Assembly: GCF_000315625.1 (NCBI RefSeq) | Contig: NW_005434632.1 | Location: 420,899-484,898 of the forward strand | Source: Guillardia theta CCMP2712 | Taxonomy: Eukaryota > Protista > Cryptophyta | Direction: 5' to 3' | Length of the DNA: 64,000 nucleotides | Shown: positions 1 to 13,499 of the stretch, piece by piece | How positions within the stretch are numbered: the first letter of the stretch is position 1 | Layout of the letters: every line of letters begins with the position of its first letter | Program-made: the position numbers and the translations under genes | Notes under the pieces: model-generated | What the model saw: the letters and a program-made list of their open reading frames with translations, nothing else | The model's database searches: none | What the model was told of the DNA's origin: nothing

Positions 1-531
1 TAAAGTGAATCCAAGACGAGCTGGACCAATGATCTCCAGCGCAGCGATGGAAAGCTGAAACCGTACAAGACCTGCGGCGCTTGACTCATCTATGTCATCC
101 TTGAAGCATCGTTCAGCATCATGGCAGAAGAAGCACACGCAGGATCAAACCTTGATGCTCTCTGGAAGAAAGGACAAGACAGTCTTGATATCAACATTCG
201 ACAAAAGCGCATACCCCATCACCAAACACGTCACCCAAACCGTTGTGTGGATAAGCACCGCCGCGAACCCATAATCCCTGATTGTCTGCTTCAGCCTTGA
301 TGCAGCATCTCCTCCGAGCGCTTTCAAGGATGTCAATCCACTCCCCTTTGTGTTAGCTTGCCTCAACCATCTGTTGCTCTGGATTGAGGTGATATGCTTG
401 CGCTGGGTTGCACCGATTGCAAGCGGCCCACTCCACGCGCTGGCAGGGGCGAAACCTTGCACTTCGACCAGCACCAAGAGCAGAAACAACATGTTGAACA
501 AATATTTCGCATTCCCCAAGAACGAAAGCAT
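1..531 (-). CDS. DUF1279/FAM210-like membrane protein, probably plastid-targeted; runs off the left edge
   Basis: RLKQTIRDYGFAAVLIHTTVWVTCLVMGYALL, then after an intron (donor near 150) DDIDESSAAGLVRFQLSIAALEIIGPARLGFTL, matching the DUF1279 pattern. N-terminal hydrophobic leader ends VQG-FAP. Start at 531 or 492. Confidence 0.65.
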
Positions 532-1632
532 CTTCACAGCCTGTTTTTCCAGCTGTGCTGAAAGAAAAACGCACAACAATCTCAGGCGGCGAGCGAGATG
601 GCAGAAGGTGGGATGGCCTGCAGGAAAGTCCAAAGAGAAGGGGTAGTGTAGAACCAACACCGAGGCGATCAAAGAAAGATGTTGATATCACAAAACTGCA
701 GTTGCCTTCTTCGCTCTCTCCGTCAGCCGCTCATCTGCACTGTCCTACCCACCATTCTGCCATGGTGCACACCTACAAGAACAGAGAATTTCCGCCGCAA
801 CTCTCCATAAAGCTAGTGATTTGGATCCATCAAATATTGAATGTCAAAATTTGAAACTTGATGAAGATATTATTTCTTACTTAAAAACTATTTCAATTTG
901 CAAACATTGGATACCCCCGCAGAGATTAGTTTTCGGGTCTTAAGTCGACTATGCCTCAGATGGACCCCTTCAAGGTATAGTGACGGATGAGGTAGAGGTA
1001 CCGAGTCAGGGGTGGGTGGGTATACCTTCCCCGCATTTCCGTCCATTTTTGAGAATGAATCTAGGGTAGGGGTCATGCAAACCACCTGTTGTGGGGTGGG
1101 GTGTTTTTGTTTGGAAGAATTCATAGTAGTTGTGGTGTACGGGTACTTTGATACTTGAATAGAGGGGTGGGGGGTGTGGCGGGGGCCGCTAGAATGTTTC
1201 AGATCTGACGATGTGGTCTGCCAGCTGACCTGGCACACTCGCATCAAATAAATAACGAGGTTGTAACGGTCTATAATTGCAGGAATAATGATGTGCAAGG
1301 CCTGGTCAACCAGCTAGGCGAGATAAGGAAAAATGGCCTGGAGCCGTTGCCCTAGGAGGGTAAGAGGAGGAGGAGGAGAGGAGAATGACTGAGGCCAGAG
1401 GACGGGAAGCAAAAGCGATTCGCTGAGTTGAAAGCATGGAGTGAGACGATGAAGATCGAGGGAAGATGAAGAGATGGTGAGAGGGGAAGGGAATCGACAA
1501 CATTGTGCGATGGGGAGGATGAGGGAGGAAGTGGGTTCATTTCTTGATCTGTCAGCGGAATCCTTGGAAGATTGTCAGACGAGCATCCATCTCAACCGTA
1601 CGAAGAACTTGCAAGGCAAGTCAATATAGGGC

Positions 1633-4600
1633 ATGCGTGCTGCTCAGGCACGGCTGCTGATAGCGGTTGTGTTGCAATCGGCGACGGCTCTGGCCATCAA
1701 CCTCTATGTCTCGATCACCGGCGACGACGTAAAGGGGGATGGCACCCTCCACCTTCCCTACAAGACCATCCAAGGAGCGATCGACGCATCCTGGGATCTA
1801 GACGTCATCGTGCTGCTGGATGGCCATCATGTGAGCGACAAGGAGATCAGGTTCAGGGGCAGGAAGCTGACTGTACGCGGTGACTCCCCTCCTGTCACAA
1901 GATATGGCAGCTGCTGGCCTGTCATGACAGCAGATCCACTCGTTCCCACCCTCTCACGCTGCAACATCAGCTCCTTCCCGCAGACATGGTCCCAACGGCA
2001 GTACAACGACTTCATGGAGGTGGGCCAGGAGACGACTGTCCAATGGTTCCCTCCGTCTCACGCAGACCCGGCCATGGCTGACCCTGCATACCATGCTGTG
2101 CTGAGCTATGATCTTGGTGTGCGCGATCCCTCCAACCCTCCTCGCTCCTGCTCGGGCTCGATCTCAGCCGGGAGCAGGTGGAGCTGTGGTTTGATGGGAT
2201 GCAAGTATAATTTTTCCGGGTCGGGGGACGAGCAAGCCGCGATCAACAGCGCTGTGAGGATCGTGGGAGCAAGATTCATCTTCCTAGAGGGAGACGAAGT
2301 GATTCTGAGGGATCTTGACATCAGGGGACAGGACGAGAACTTTGCTACTGCTTCTGCGATCGAAGGGGGGTGCTTGTTCTCTACAGGAAGGAACAATATC
2401 ACCGTGGTTGACTCGGTCTTATCCTCTTGCTCCTCGAAGCTCAGCGGAGGAGCGGCGAGCATAGGCTTCGAGTCCAAGATGACTTTCCGTGGAGTTCGCT
2501 TTCTGAACAACTCAGCGAGGAACGGAGGAGCCATGTCGTTCAAGATGCGGTCGACGGTCCTTTGCAGCCACTGCGAGTTTTCCGGCAACTTGGCGGAGAA
2601 GGGAGGAGGCATTTACGTCGACGATGTTTCCTCCCCTCAGTTTGAATCCTGCGACTTCTACTCGAACACTGGAACGTACGGGGGAGCGATCTATGCAGGA
2701 GGGAGGTCCTCGCCGGCCGTGGTAGACTCCGCGTTTGTTCACAACTCAGCGCTGGATGGAGCAGTTATCTATGCTGGAAACATGGCGATCATTGACACGG
2801 CCAACTGCACGTTTCAGAACAACTCGGCTGAGAGGTATGGAGGCGTCGCCGTGCTGGAGCAGGTAAGGGTGCTGAGGGGAGTGAAGTTGGAATGAGGGAG
2901 GACGGCAGGGAGGGTCGCTGTGGTCAAGGGGGGACGCCATGTTCTTCAATTTCGCCAGCAGAGCAGGAGCAGCGATCTACTCCAAGAATGCAGACCCGAA
3001 CAGATGGCGTGACTCGTATCAAGTGCAGAACAGATTCAACCTCCTCTCCCTCCACGACGACAACTTCCTACTCAATACAGCGGCCATCTTCGCCGGCCAG
3101 GTCTACCCCAAGGTGAAGCCGAGCGGCCAGTCTGCTATATCAACCGCCATGTGAAGTTTAGTCTCAGGCCTTGTCCGATGCTGTCTTCTCTAGTTCTAAT
3201 GGGAACAAGATCTGCAACGGTCGCGGGTCCCTCGACGAGAACCTCGAGTGCCTCTGCCGCCTGCCTTACACAGGCGTCAACTGCGAGGTTCAGTGTAAAG
3301 GGCTGCTGCTCCTCGACAGCTGGAATGGTATCTGTTAAGTTCTGCTCTTTGCTCCCACATGCTGATTGGTCTTGCTTTCAGGGACGTCCAACGCTTCATC
3401 AGGTACGTGTGGAGCTGCAGTTGAAGTTGCTCTAGCTCAATGTGTGAAAGGGAACCATACTGCGAACGCAACTTCTACTGTTGTGTGCTCGGGCCATGGG
3501 ACCTGTCTAGTCGGCTCTGCTGTGTTCGACACCGAATGTAGATGGTTTGGGGGCAGGAGGTCAGCTGAATTGACTTGGCTAAAAGTGTTTGGTAGAGAAT
3601 TCATTATCTCACTTGCCCTTCTTCCTTCAGATGGTTTTGTTCCAAACTGCTGTCGCTCCTTGCTCATGTGAGTTCGGATATCTCGGCAGGTATATCTCCT
3701 CCCCTCCTCCTCTGCCCTGCTCTCCTGCTCTCCTCCTCTCCTTGCTTCATTCTCTAGTTCCTTCTTCTCCTTCTCCTTTCCTCCCCTCCTTTCCTTCCAC
3801 ATTTCTGCCCGTTTTCTGACACCTCGTCCAGCGATTGCTCGCAGAAATGCCCGGGTACAACTCAGTCTTCCGTCTGCTCCGGCCATGGGGACTGTTTCCT
3901 TGAGAACGGCACCGCTACCTGCTCTTGTTTCTTCGGGTCTGCCTGCCTTGCCTGCCTTGCCTGCCCTGCCTGAAGCTCGAGATGCCAAGGTGGGGAGGAG
4001 AAGAATGTGACGAGATTCGTCTGTACGTGCTGGGGACAGGAGGCAACCAATCGAGGTTGAATCGAGTGATCCGCCTCGGGGACAAGGTAGGAGGGAGGAG
4101 GGAGGAGGGAGGAGGGAGGAGGGAGGAGGGAGGAGTGAGGAGGGAGGGAGAGGTTTGATTTGGGAGAGGAGGTTGGAAGAGGGTGGAAGGAAGTAGAACG
4201 TGTTTGCGGAAAACATGGGAAGTGGAGTGGGGGAGGATGGGATCGGAGGGGGGGGGGGCACAGGAGGAAGGGACTGGAAAAAAGAGCGGGCCATGAAGGG
4301 AGGAAGGAGGAGAGTAGACTGATTTATCCTCTAGATGCTTGCCAATAACAGGGAGAGTGGCCTGCACCTTCTAGTGCTCAATCGAACAGACTTGACGGTC
4401 GTGTGGGACTACAGCTACGAAGTGATGAAGTTCGAGTATCCAGCCAGCCAGTACTCTTCCGAGGTAGCGTTGGAGGAAGAGAGGGAGTGGGAGTTGTTGG
4501 AAGGAGAGGAGTGGAGAGAAAGGAAGGACAGTGCAGATGAGGAAAGGAGAGGAGCGAAGGAGAGAAGAGCAGAGGATGACAGCAAAGGAGAGGAGAGGAG

Positions 4601-6973
4601 GGGCGAGGAGGAAAGCGGAGGCATGAAAATGAAAGAGGAGAGGAGAGGAAAGGAGAGGAGAGGGGAGGGGAGAGGAGGAGAGGAGAGAAGGGGGGCGGAG
4701 CGGAGATGCAGTCCTGATGGCAGCTGGCAGAGATTTTATCTCTTCGGGGGCAATGATGGAACCATCAACGTTGCAACTGGGATCGCCGAGGATGGAACCT
4801 GCGGCTCACTCAACAGCAGCACGGACGGCGTTCTCACCCGAAACCCACAGGTCTCCTCCTACTACTTTGGGGAGGGGGAGGCGAACAGGATGGCAAGGGA
4901 CTTGAGCCTCTTCGACGCTCGCCATCTCGCCATCGTCTCCTCTTTCTTCGCATGGGAGAACCACACCAACCCCGCATTGTTGCAGGTCTGACTCCCGTCT
5001 TGCCGCTGCTTCTCCTGCAGAGCCCAGGGCCGAGCCTCCTCGTCTTCTCTGACGTCGGCACAGGCGCTGAAGAGGATCGGAGGGCCGGACCTCGAGCCCT
5101 TCGTACAGGACAAGCAAGGCAGCGGCCACGCTCTGATCATTGTTGGCATCCCGGACTCAGGAGAAGGGAACGGGACGTTCATGCTCAGCCCGCCGCCTGA
5201 TCCTGCTGCTGGCTACGCGACGAGCGTGGCGGAAGTGGAGGTCAACCTTAAGTCGAGAGTTGAAGTGAGGACCACTGTGAAGAGCAGGAGGAGGGGAGGG
5301 AGGTGGGAAGGAAGGGGGGGGAAGAAGTTGAGATGAGGCTCGTGAACCTGATGTTGTTGTTAAATCAGGATGGGAAGGGTTAAAACATGGTATATTGGAG
5401 GGGTGGTTTAAGGAAAAAGAGAGGGAGGAAGAAGGGAGGAGGAGGAGGCTCTCATCGGGGAGGGGTTTTGACATGGAAGAGCAGGAGGAAGCTGTGCTGT
5501 GGTGCGGGGCTCGAGTGTACGAGCATGGCGTCGACGTCTCACACCTAGTGGGAACGGCCTGCGTTAGGGACGGCCAAGTGGTGGCGAACTTTGAGGATGG
5601 TGCGGATGGAATCATAGGAGGAGGGCTGGCGGTTGAGCCGGTGAAGACGATCAGGACAGAGACGGTGAGGAACGAGACCGGAGGACAAGTTGCCCGATGG
5701 TTCGTCGTGGCCCGGGCACCTCCCGACACTCCGAGGGTGAGGAAGCGACAGGCGAAGCATCGTCGTCGATGCAGCAACTGACACTGATCGCAGCTTGAAG
5801 CATGGGATCTCCTCTCAGACTTCGACCTTTCCTCCGGGCCAAGTCCCCTCCTCCTCTCCTCTTCAACCATCGTGCAGGTGATCGGTGCTGTACCTTGCTT
5901 CCTCCTCCTCACTCGCCTCCCTGGCTCGCCACCAGCCATGCTGCAACAGGAGCGTGCGATGGAACCATGGTGGCTGTCGCAAGGGCCGCACGGTCAGCCG
6001 CTCCCCACAGACGTTGGAGGGAGAGATCCTAGTGTGCGAGCAGTCGGGGTGGCTGCTGGAGGATGGAAGCACGTGGCCCGGTCACTTCGGCAACTTGGAC
6101 TTGGCCGGGCCCTTCGGAGACTCACTGAACCGCAACGAGGACGACCTGATCGCTTCACAGCCTGACCCCCTCCGTGGGGTGAGATGAACCTGCTTGCCGC
6201 TGATCTCCCGGCTGCTCCTGCTTTTCTTCCTCCTGCCCCTGCTCGTCCTGCTCTCGTTAACCACCTGCATGCTCTTCCTACGGCGATCTGCCTTCCGCTT
6301 TGAAAAACTGCCATCCTCCTCCTCCTCCTCCTCCTCTTCATCTTCCTCACTTCCTTGTGCATGCAGGCCTACACACCCTACGACTACCAGCCCGGGCACA
6401 GGAACACGCCCTTCACAGAGGAGGACATCGTGCCGCAGCTCCAGGAGCAGCTCCCCCCGCGCGGCCTGCAGGACCTTTACAGCTCCTTCCTCGAGGTGCC
6501 GACCCCCACTCCAGTCTTCAAGGAGTGTGAGGTGGGGGTGAACGAATGCGAGCAGAGAAGCGTGCTGGACCCTGCGGTCCTGAACGAGTGCTCTCTCGGC
6601 CAGTGCAACGTCGACACAGGATGGGAGGCCTCGCAGCGATGGCAGAAGCCTCTCAGTTAGTTCACCTCTCGGTCTCAGTACGGATCCACTTGTCATAGTA
6701 TCGGTCATTGTTAATCAGTGTAAACTTTGAAAGCCAGTCATGTTTAGTTTTACTAGGCTATCAGCCTACGGCGGGCCAGACTCTGGTCACCCCGTGACAG
6801 CCGCGCTGAGCACTCAGTGCCCTGGCAGTGTCACTGTACGGTTCGGGCTCCGGGCCTATTCGGAGTCCCGGCCGCCGTGCGCCGGCCCTGACGGTGACTC
6901 AGCAGGGCTCCTGTCTGATGAGACTCCTGAGAAGTGTTGTAGCCTCATCCCCCCACACACCAAATGCTCATAA
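1633..6973 (+). CDS. Large multi-exon secreted protein: pectin-lyase-like beta-helix (Pmp-type GGA repeats), EGF-like repeats and a putative ILEI/GG domain
   Basis: Signal peptide and YVSITGDDVKGDGTLHLPYKTIQGAI. Repeats FxNNSAxxGGA(I/M). EGF-like exons CNGRGSLDENLECLCRLPYTGVNCE and CSGHGDCFLENGTATCSC. SGLHLLVLNRTDLTVVW...ANRMARDL...AIVSSFFAWE. Many GT-AG introns; 3' end approximate. Confidence 0.7.
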
Positions 6974-7012
6974 CCTGCTCGAGTCGCAATGGTGCGAAGG
7001 GGCAGTAGAGCC

Positions 7013-8629
7013 ATGGCGTCAGGGCTGACGGTGATGGTGCTTGTGATCGCGGCGGTGATGATGGCGAAGATGGTGAATATGAGCCGGAGCATGATGCCGA
7101 GCGTGCTCTCATCCAAGGGGGACGCGCAGAAGCGGACGGCTCTCGCGTCAAGGTGAGGAATGGAGCAAGTGGAGAACATGTAGATAAGAGTGAGGATGGT
7201 GGAGGGTTCAACCCTCCTCTTGGATCTTTCAGGGATGGTCTAGGTCTTTGGTGACCTTGCATGCAGGTTCTCCGATGCTGTTGAAGCCGCAAAAGTCCTG
7301 CAGCAGAAGAATGCGCTCGTTTCCCGGCATCGAAGGGGTCTTGCTGTTAGGGGAGATGCTAACGACAGGGCGCCTCAAGCTCAGCCACAGCCATCCAGCA
7401 CACAGCACGTCACCTCTCCTCCTTCCTTCGTCCCAGGGAAGCACATCGTCGACATCGACGCCGGGGAGCTCGTTGCTGGCACCGACGTCACTTTCCATGA
7501 CTTCAACGCAAGGGGGGCGGTGGGCCAACCGACTGCGCCCTCGGCCAGGGAGCAGTCGAACGACCGCAGGATGATCGGAACCGATGCCACGTTCCATGAC
7601 TTCAACGCTCGTCGAGGAGGAGAGGCTTCTACTGCAGCAGCTGGTCCTTCAAAGGGTAATGCTTCCTTTCAATCAATTGCATCCAAAGGCCCCTCCCCCC
7701 CCCGGCCCCCCCCTCCTCCTCCTCTACTATACTTATCCGCTTCCAGCCAGTCTGGTTGCTGAAAGCTTATCTCCGCAGGCTACAGGAGCCATCGCGTCAC
7801 TGAGGCGCATCGGAGGCATCGGACGGCTCAGAAGTCGTTGGACGCCACGGACAAGAGACCACAGGTCTGTGCGACCCTCGACTGTGAGAGGAGTGACGAG
7901 CTTGCAGAGCATGGATGCTCCCCAGACGATCAACGTGGCGAGCGGGTTGGGAGGAGGGGTGAGGAACAGGGAGGGGGAGGAGCAGGAGCTGTTGACGTTG
8001 GAACGTCAGGTCCCCAGCTCTATGTGGGTCACCCACCGTCGTGCACAACAAGTGAAGCAGGAGGGATCGCGAGTGGCGCAGAAGTCCAGGTGGAAGAGGA
8101 GTCGCTGCTGAGACTTTCTTCCTTACTTTCTAGCAGGAGGCCTCAGGATGCGAGGGGAACACGTGTAGGCAGCAAGGCAGAAAGCCAACCAGGTTCCGGT
8201 CCATGTCGGAATGGAATGATGTGATGAGCGATGAGAAATGACCTGTCGAGCTGTACTTGCTGTTGATAGTGATAGATGTGTCTGTCCATGACGTTGTCTT
8301 CCATCCAGCTCAACGACGCCTCACCATGCGAGACATGGAGGACAACGTTGGTGAGCGACTTTGTTTGTCATGATCGCTGGAATGACAGTACAACAGGGAC
8401 AAACATTGTCTTTCATGGCGTTGTGAACGAGGTGAGGGAGGGGAAGGGAGGAGGATACGCCATGCCGACTGTGGGGCAGGGAGGAATCCTCGGAGCGAGG
8501 AGGAGGGGAATTCGCTTCAACGACAGAGAAATGGTGAAACTTTCACTTGCGTTTTGATCGGTTGACCTGAATTTCAGTACTGAGAGCCAACTGTGGTTTG
8601 AAGACGGACTTGAAGCCAATACAAGCTGA
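7013..8629 (+). CDS. Hypothetical multi-exon protein with N-terminal membrane anchor
   Basis: ATG at 7013 gives MASGLTVMVLVIAAVMMAKMV. A chain of short exons is bounded by GT..AG and ends ...QLWFEDGLEANTS-TGA at 8627-8629. No family recognised. Confidence 0.45.
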
Positions 8630-8849
8630 CCGCTCCCGTTCTGTATCGAGTATCATCAGAGGAGAATTAATTAAAATGGATCAAGATAAAATCTAGGAAA
8701 CTTTATTTACATGTCGATCTCTCGTCAAACAAATATAGGTAACTCTACAGATTCCCCCCTTGTCGATGAGAGTCATTCTGCCACTGAAAAATATCTTTCT
8801 TCTCCGTCTCCTTCGTCGTCTATTTCTTTCATGTCGTATTTCCTACCAT

Positions 8850-10145
8850 TCAAGGGCTCCTGTACAAGGGATGATTCACAAACCAGTCCATCCACTTTGT
8901 ATCTCCCGAGAGATTTTCTATCTCCTCTTCCCCCGAGAAAGAGTTCAATATCGGCATGCTGCCCTCCCGCGACCGCTTGTCCAAGTCTCCGCTGCCTGAA
9001 CAACTAGCTAGGTCGAACGACTGCGATGGGCTGCCGTCCTGCTCCAAGCACGTGCTGCTCCCGTTGTCCCTCAGGCTGAACCTCCTTGCTCCTACTTCGC
9101 TCTCCAACGACTTCAAGTCTTCCAGTCTCAACAAGTCCTCCTGCTCCTCCACGGGTTGCTCCATCGAGGCGGGCTCAGCCGCTGATGGCAGCGAAGACGA
9201 GCTCGACGCCTCCCATACCTCGGGGATCTCGATAGCCTCCAGCAAGCTGGGAGGGCTGGGAGGGCTGGGAGGGCCGGACCCTCCCCTGTCTTGCCGCGTC
9301 CTTGGCTTCTTATTTTCTCTTGTCTTCTCGTTCTTGTCCTGCTTCGCCTTGCTTTCATTCGCAGCGTCTGAGTTCCGATTGTTCGGCCACTTGAAGATTC
9401 CCAGGGCCCTGCACGCTGTCTTCAACGCCGAGAGAGATATTCCCTGCCAATCGACATCAGAAACAGCCCACACCAACGCAGAGGTTGTGGAAAGGAAGGA
9501 AGGAAGGAAAAGAGGGAAGTGGGGGGGGGGAGGAGCAACATGCAAGAAGCGGAAGGAAAATAAAGGGCGAAGAAGAGGAGAAGGAGGAAAGGGAAATGTA
9601 AGAACGTAGGCACAGGGTGGAAGGGAAAGAGATGGGAGGAGGAGATTATCACTTACAAGCTCCCTGGCAGCTTCAATCTGACGGAGATGGAACAAGCTGC
9701 AGATCTTAGCATAACTGAGAGCCACAATCTCCTTGCTGGAAGGCATCTGCCCTCCTTGCTTCTTCCTTGGCATCACGTAGTGGACGTGAGGCTGAGGTGG
9801 TAGCTGCTGTTGTTGTGGCCTTGAGTTCGCCTTCATGGCTGACTCTCGAATGGCCTCCTCCTGCAGCTTGTGAAATGACTCTGCAAGCATTTGAGAGTAG
9901 ACGCTGGGCGGTGGAGGTAGCAGAGTAGGAGCCATTCCTATTCTTTGGGTGCTGGGCAATAGGGGAGGAGGAGGAGGAGTAGAACTGATCTGATCTGCGG
10001 GCACAACGCCAGTGCCCATGCATGAAACGTGTGATGGAACACACATCAAATTTTCTGGCATCCCAATCTCCGATCTCTGATCATATGCATTGTGATCGAC
10101 AAGCTGAACTGGTACAAACATCCCGTTGTCTCCCATGTTCACCAA
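8850..10145 (-). CDS. RWP-RK domain transcription factor
   Basis: Removing the in-frame 213-nt intron 9444..9656 (GTAAGT...CAG) gives ICSLFHLRQIEAARELGISLSALKTACRALGIFKWP, the RWP-RK signature. Confidence 0.9.
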   Translation of the reverse strand: MVNMGDNGMFVPVQLVDHNAYDQRSEIGMPENLMCVPSHVSCMGTGVVPADQISSTPPPPPLLPSTQRIGMAPTLLPPPPSVYSQMLAESFHKLQEEAIRESAMKANSRPQQQQLPPQPHVHYVMPRKKQGGQMPSSKEIVALSYAKICSLFHLRQIEAARELVSDNLLLPSLSLPPCAYVLTFPFPPSPLLRPLFSFRFLHVAPPPPHFPLFLPSFLSTTSALVWAVSDVDWQGISLSALKTACRALGIFKWPNNRNSDAANESKAKQDKNEKTRENKKPRTRQDRGGSGPPSPPSPPSLLEAIEIPEVWEASSSSSLPSAAEPASMEQPVEEQEDLLRLEDLKSLESEVGARRFSLRDNGSSTCLEQDGSPSQSFDLASCSGSGDLDKRSREGSMPILNSFSGEEEIENLSGDTKWMDWFVNHPLYRSP

Positions 10146-11016
10146 ACTCTGTATTCCACGTTAGCCCTCTGTGCTTGATCTGGAGATCCTTGAATTCTTC
10201 ATTTCCTGTTGTACTGTGCCTTGAAATCTGAACACAATAAACTAATCAGCGAGCATGAAGTCACACGGTACATCAGTTTGTTTTGTACGTCAAAGGTCCT
10301 CAAATTACAGAACAGCGCGAAGCAATTTTCTTCCCCCTCGCGAACCCCCCCCTCCCCTCCCCCCCCCCTCCTAACCCTTCCCCCATTCTTCTTAGCCTGA
10401 CTCCTGCTTCTACCTCAGAGTCTGAGGGTTTCCTTGGTTTCTTGTCTCCTTGCTGAATATCTTGCCCTCCCAAACATTCAACATTGCCCACTCCCCTCCT
10501 TCCCTTTGCTCCCCTCCCGTCCCCCTAGCTTCTTCTATGTCCCCTCCCCTCCCCTCCACTTGATCCCCTCACTAACAACTCCTCCTTGAGCTCTTCTCTC
10601 CTATTCTATCCTTCTCTGTCTCAGTCCTGCTCCCTGCTCCCTACCACCGTTTCCTTCTCCTCAGCTACCCTGCTTGATTGTACGACCAAAATCTCAAACG
10701 CACTCTTTCAGGGGGAGGATTCATTTGGAGGGGTAGGGGTAGAATCGATGGTTATTCAACAGGGAAATATTAGGATGAAATACAGTCAAATGGGAGGTGG
10801 GGGTGGGAAGAAGCGATGGTCCAGATTCGGGAATACTTTTTGGATAAAAATTGTTATAGGATTGGTGATATAAAAAACGCATCGTATCAGGGGGGTTGTG
10901 AATTAAATTTCAAGTTTAGTTCTAATATTTCAAAATTAATCACATAATTTCATGCAACCCATCATGTATGCAAAATAAAAAGTTTTAGGAACGGAGAGAA
11001 AGTATGAAAAGAGGTT

Positions 11017-13240
11017 TTATCGGTGGGATGAGCGTCCAGCGCCCGCCAGCAGGGATGCTGATGCAAAATTAAGAAGGCGGGGGGCGCAATGTTTTGATGG
11101 GAGAAAGGGGGGTAGGGGTGTAGAACAAACGGACGGGGTCATACATGGGAGAATCAGGGGGTGAAGGGGAAGGAGGGGTGGAGGCACCTGCAAGCGCAAT
11201 GTCTTGATCCGTAGTCGGCCTCCCAACACTAAGTCGCACAGCTCTGCGAGGGAGGCAGCAAGGTCAGTGATGGTTCCGGATGCGGAGATGGCAGCACCTG
11301 AAAGCTTTGTCCTTGCTGATGTTCATAGCCTTGAGGACATGGCTGACCTGATGATCCAATGTGCTCAGAAGCCGGGATTGAACCGATCTCGTTCTTACAT
11401 GCCCCGTCTGCCCTGCGTGACAAGCACTGCCTGCAGAGAAGGCTAGGCGATCGGCTGTCTGAGCAATGATCTGAAGATCGCCTTAAGGGAACAATCGCAG
11501 TCAGGAAAATCTAGCGAGTTATACCTGGTCGTTGGTTGGGGACGAAATTGGAAACGAAATCTGCAGAAGTCACCATGAGATCGAACACACGAGAAGGGGA
11601 GGTTGAGCACGTTGAGGGTATTTGGGAGACGACGCTCAGGATGCCTGCACAAGCACTCACGAAGCACATCGAACCTGCGGATCAATACCCGTTGAGCTCT
11701 ATACCCGGAATAGCCTGGTGATCACTCACTGAGTCAGCGGACCAGCGGCATCATGGAGCGGTTGAAAATAGCATCATGCCTTTGCCAGTAAATCATGCAG
11801 CAGATCTCTCATCTTGCGGAGATGTTCGGAGTCTTTCAGAAGGTTGTCCTTGCAGACCTTGCATGCCGCTCCCAACGCCACGAGGTGCCTGCGAAGAACA
11901 GTTGGGGAAGTGGAAAGAATTGATAGTGATGAATGTCAAGATTCAGCAGGAGATCGATGAGAACAACAACAAGGGACAAGTAGAAGGAACAAGACAGAGA
12001 GCATTCATACATGGTGTTTTCTGTGCCGGCCCTTCGTCCTCGCTCGTGCCCTGCACCATGCATGAAGCTGCATCGCGTCATTCTTGTGTAAGGAAAGGGA
12101 ACGAGAGCTCTCACTTGGGAAGTTCGGTTCCATGACGGATGTACAACGCTCCGACCCCAGCAGGAGCATAGAGCTTGTGACCTGGCCAAGTTCCGGAGTC
12201 CGTTAACGTGTTCGCTACAACATGCTTTGCATGTTCACCAGCGACGGTCAAGAAGTCGACTCCGAGGTCATTCACGTCAACAGGGATCTAGAGATAACTT
12301 TCATTGCCCTGCCTGAAAGCGGCAAGCTCAACCTTGCCAATCGCTTGCGAGGCATCGGTGTGTACCAGGACGCCTGCGAGTAAAATCAGGAAGACCGGGG
12401 CGCCCACCAGTAGTCCGGCACCTTTGCTCCTTGCGATCTGGGCAATGCTCCGGATGTCGTTGATGGTTCCTGTCTCATTGTTCGCCAGCATGACTGCAAG
12501 GGGTGGATTTAAGTGGCGCCAGCAACACAGGAAAGGATACTCGTAACAAGGGCCGTGTCTTCCCTTATGGCAGCTCGCACTTGCTCGGGGTCAACCTCTC
12601 CGTACTCGTTGACCCCCACGTGCGTGATCTCCATGCCGTGAACCTCCTCGAGATACTTGCAGCACTCCAGCACGGCGACATGCTCGGCTGCGCTCGTCAC
12701 GATGTGTCTCTTGGTCTTCCTCAACCTCTCGGCTGTTCCTTTGAGCGCCCAGTTGATCGACTCCGTTCCCCCTGAGGTAAAGAACACCTCCTCACTCGAG
12801 CACCCGATGAGATCAGCGACCTCCTCTCTCGCCTGCTCGAGTATGAGTGCAGCTGCAGAGGAAGGGAGGGCAGGGAGCTCACGACCTTGGCCACAGCTTC
12901 CTTCTCCTTCACTCCGTACCAGTGCGATGAGCTGGGATTTCCGAACCTCCCCTGTTCCATGTAAAAGAAAGGCATGAGAACGATGTTGTCTTGACTATGC
13001 ACTTCCTCGTTCTCTCTCCTTCCTGGCCCCCAACCCCTCTCCCTCACTCCTCACCTCTCCCTTCTTCTCCCCTCCTCAGCTTCTTCCCACTGAGCGACAG
13101 GTGACCATATCTAACAATCTCTGATGTCTTCCTCTCTCTCTCTCACTCACTCTCACCTCTATGTACGGCTTCATCGCCTGCTGCACCTTCTCGTCCAACG
13201 GGGTCGTAGCGTTGTAGTCCAGGTAGACCATGGTCGCCAT
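11017..13240 (-). CDS. Class-V PLP aminotransferase: NifS-like cysteine desulfurase / selenocysteine lyase
   Basis: Exons encode [59 protein letters not shown] (PLP Lys), [30 protein letters not shown] (catalytic Cys) and [11 protein letters not shown]. Confidence 0.92.
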
Positions 13241-13499
13241 AATTTCACCCCACCTACCGTACTGACTTCAACACCCCTACCTACTGAAGTGAAAAACCTA
13301 CCCCTTTAATTACAAGGTTTTTGGTATATATTTACCCGGTACTTGCGTGACCCCACCCTGAAAAATGTGCCGATCAACCAAGTGGATCAACAAGTGTAGG
13401 CTACTGACGAGATTGAGCATGAAAATACAAGATGAACGTGCGCAACCATTCTGATGTCTTCCTACATATCACACGAAAACATTTGAATCAGTTACAAAG

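Noticed and set aside
3437-4367. Long minus-strand ORFs (LLPPPSS repeats)
   Set aside because: They are antisense to purine-rich introns of the plus-strand gene.
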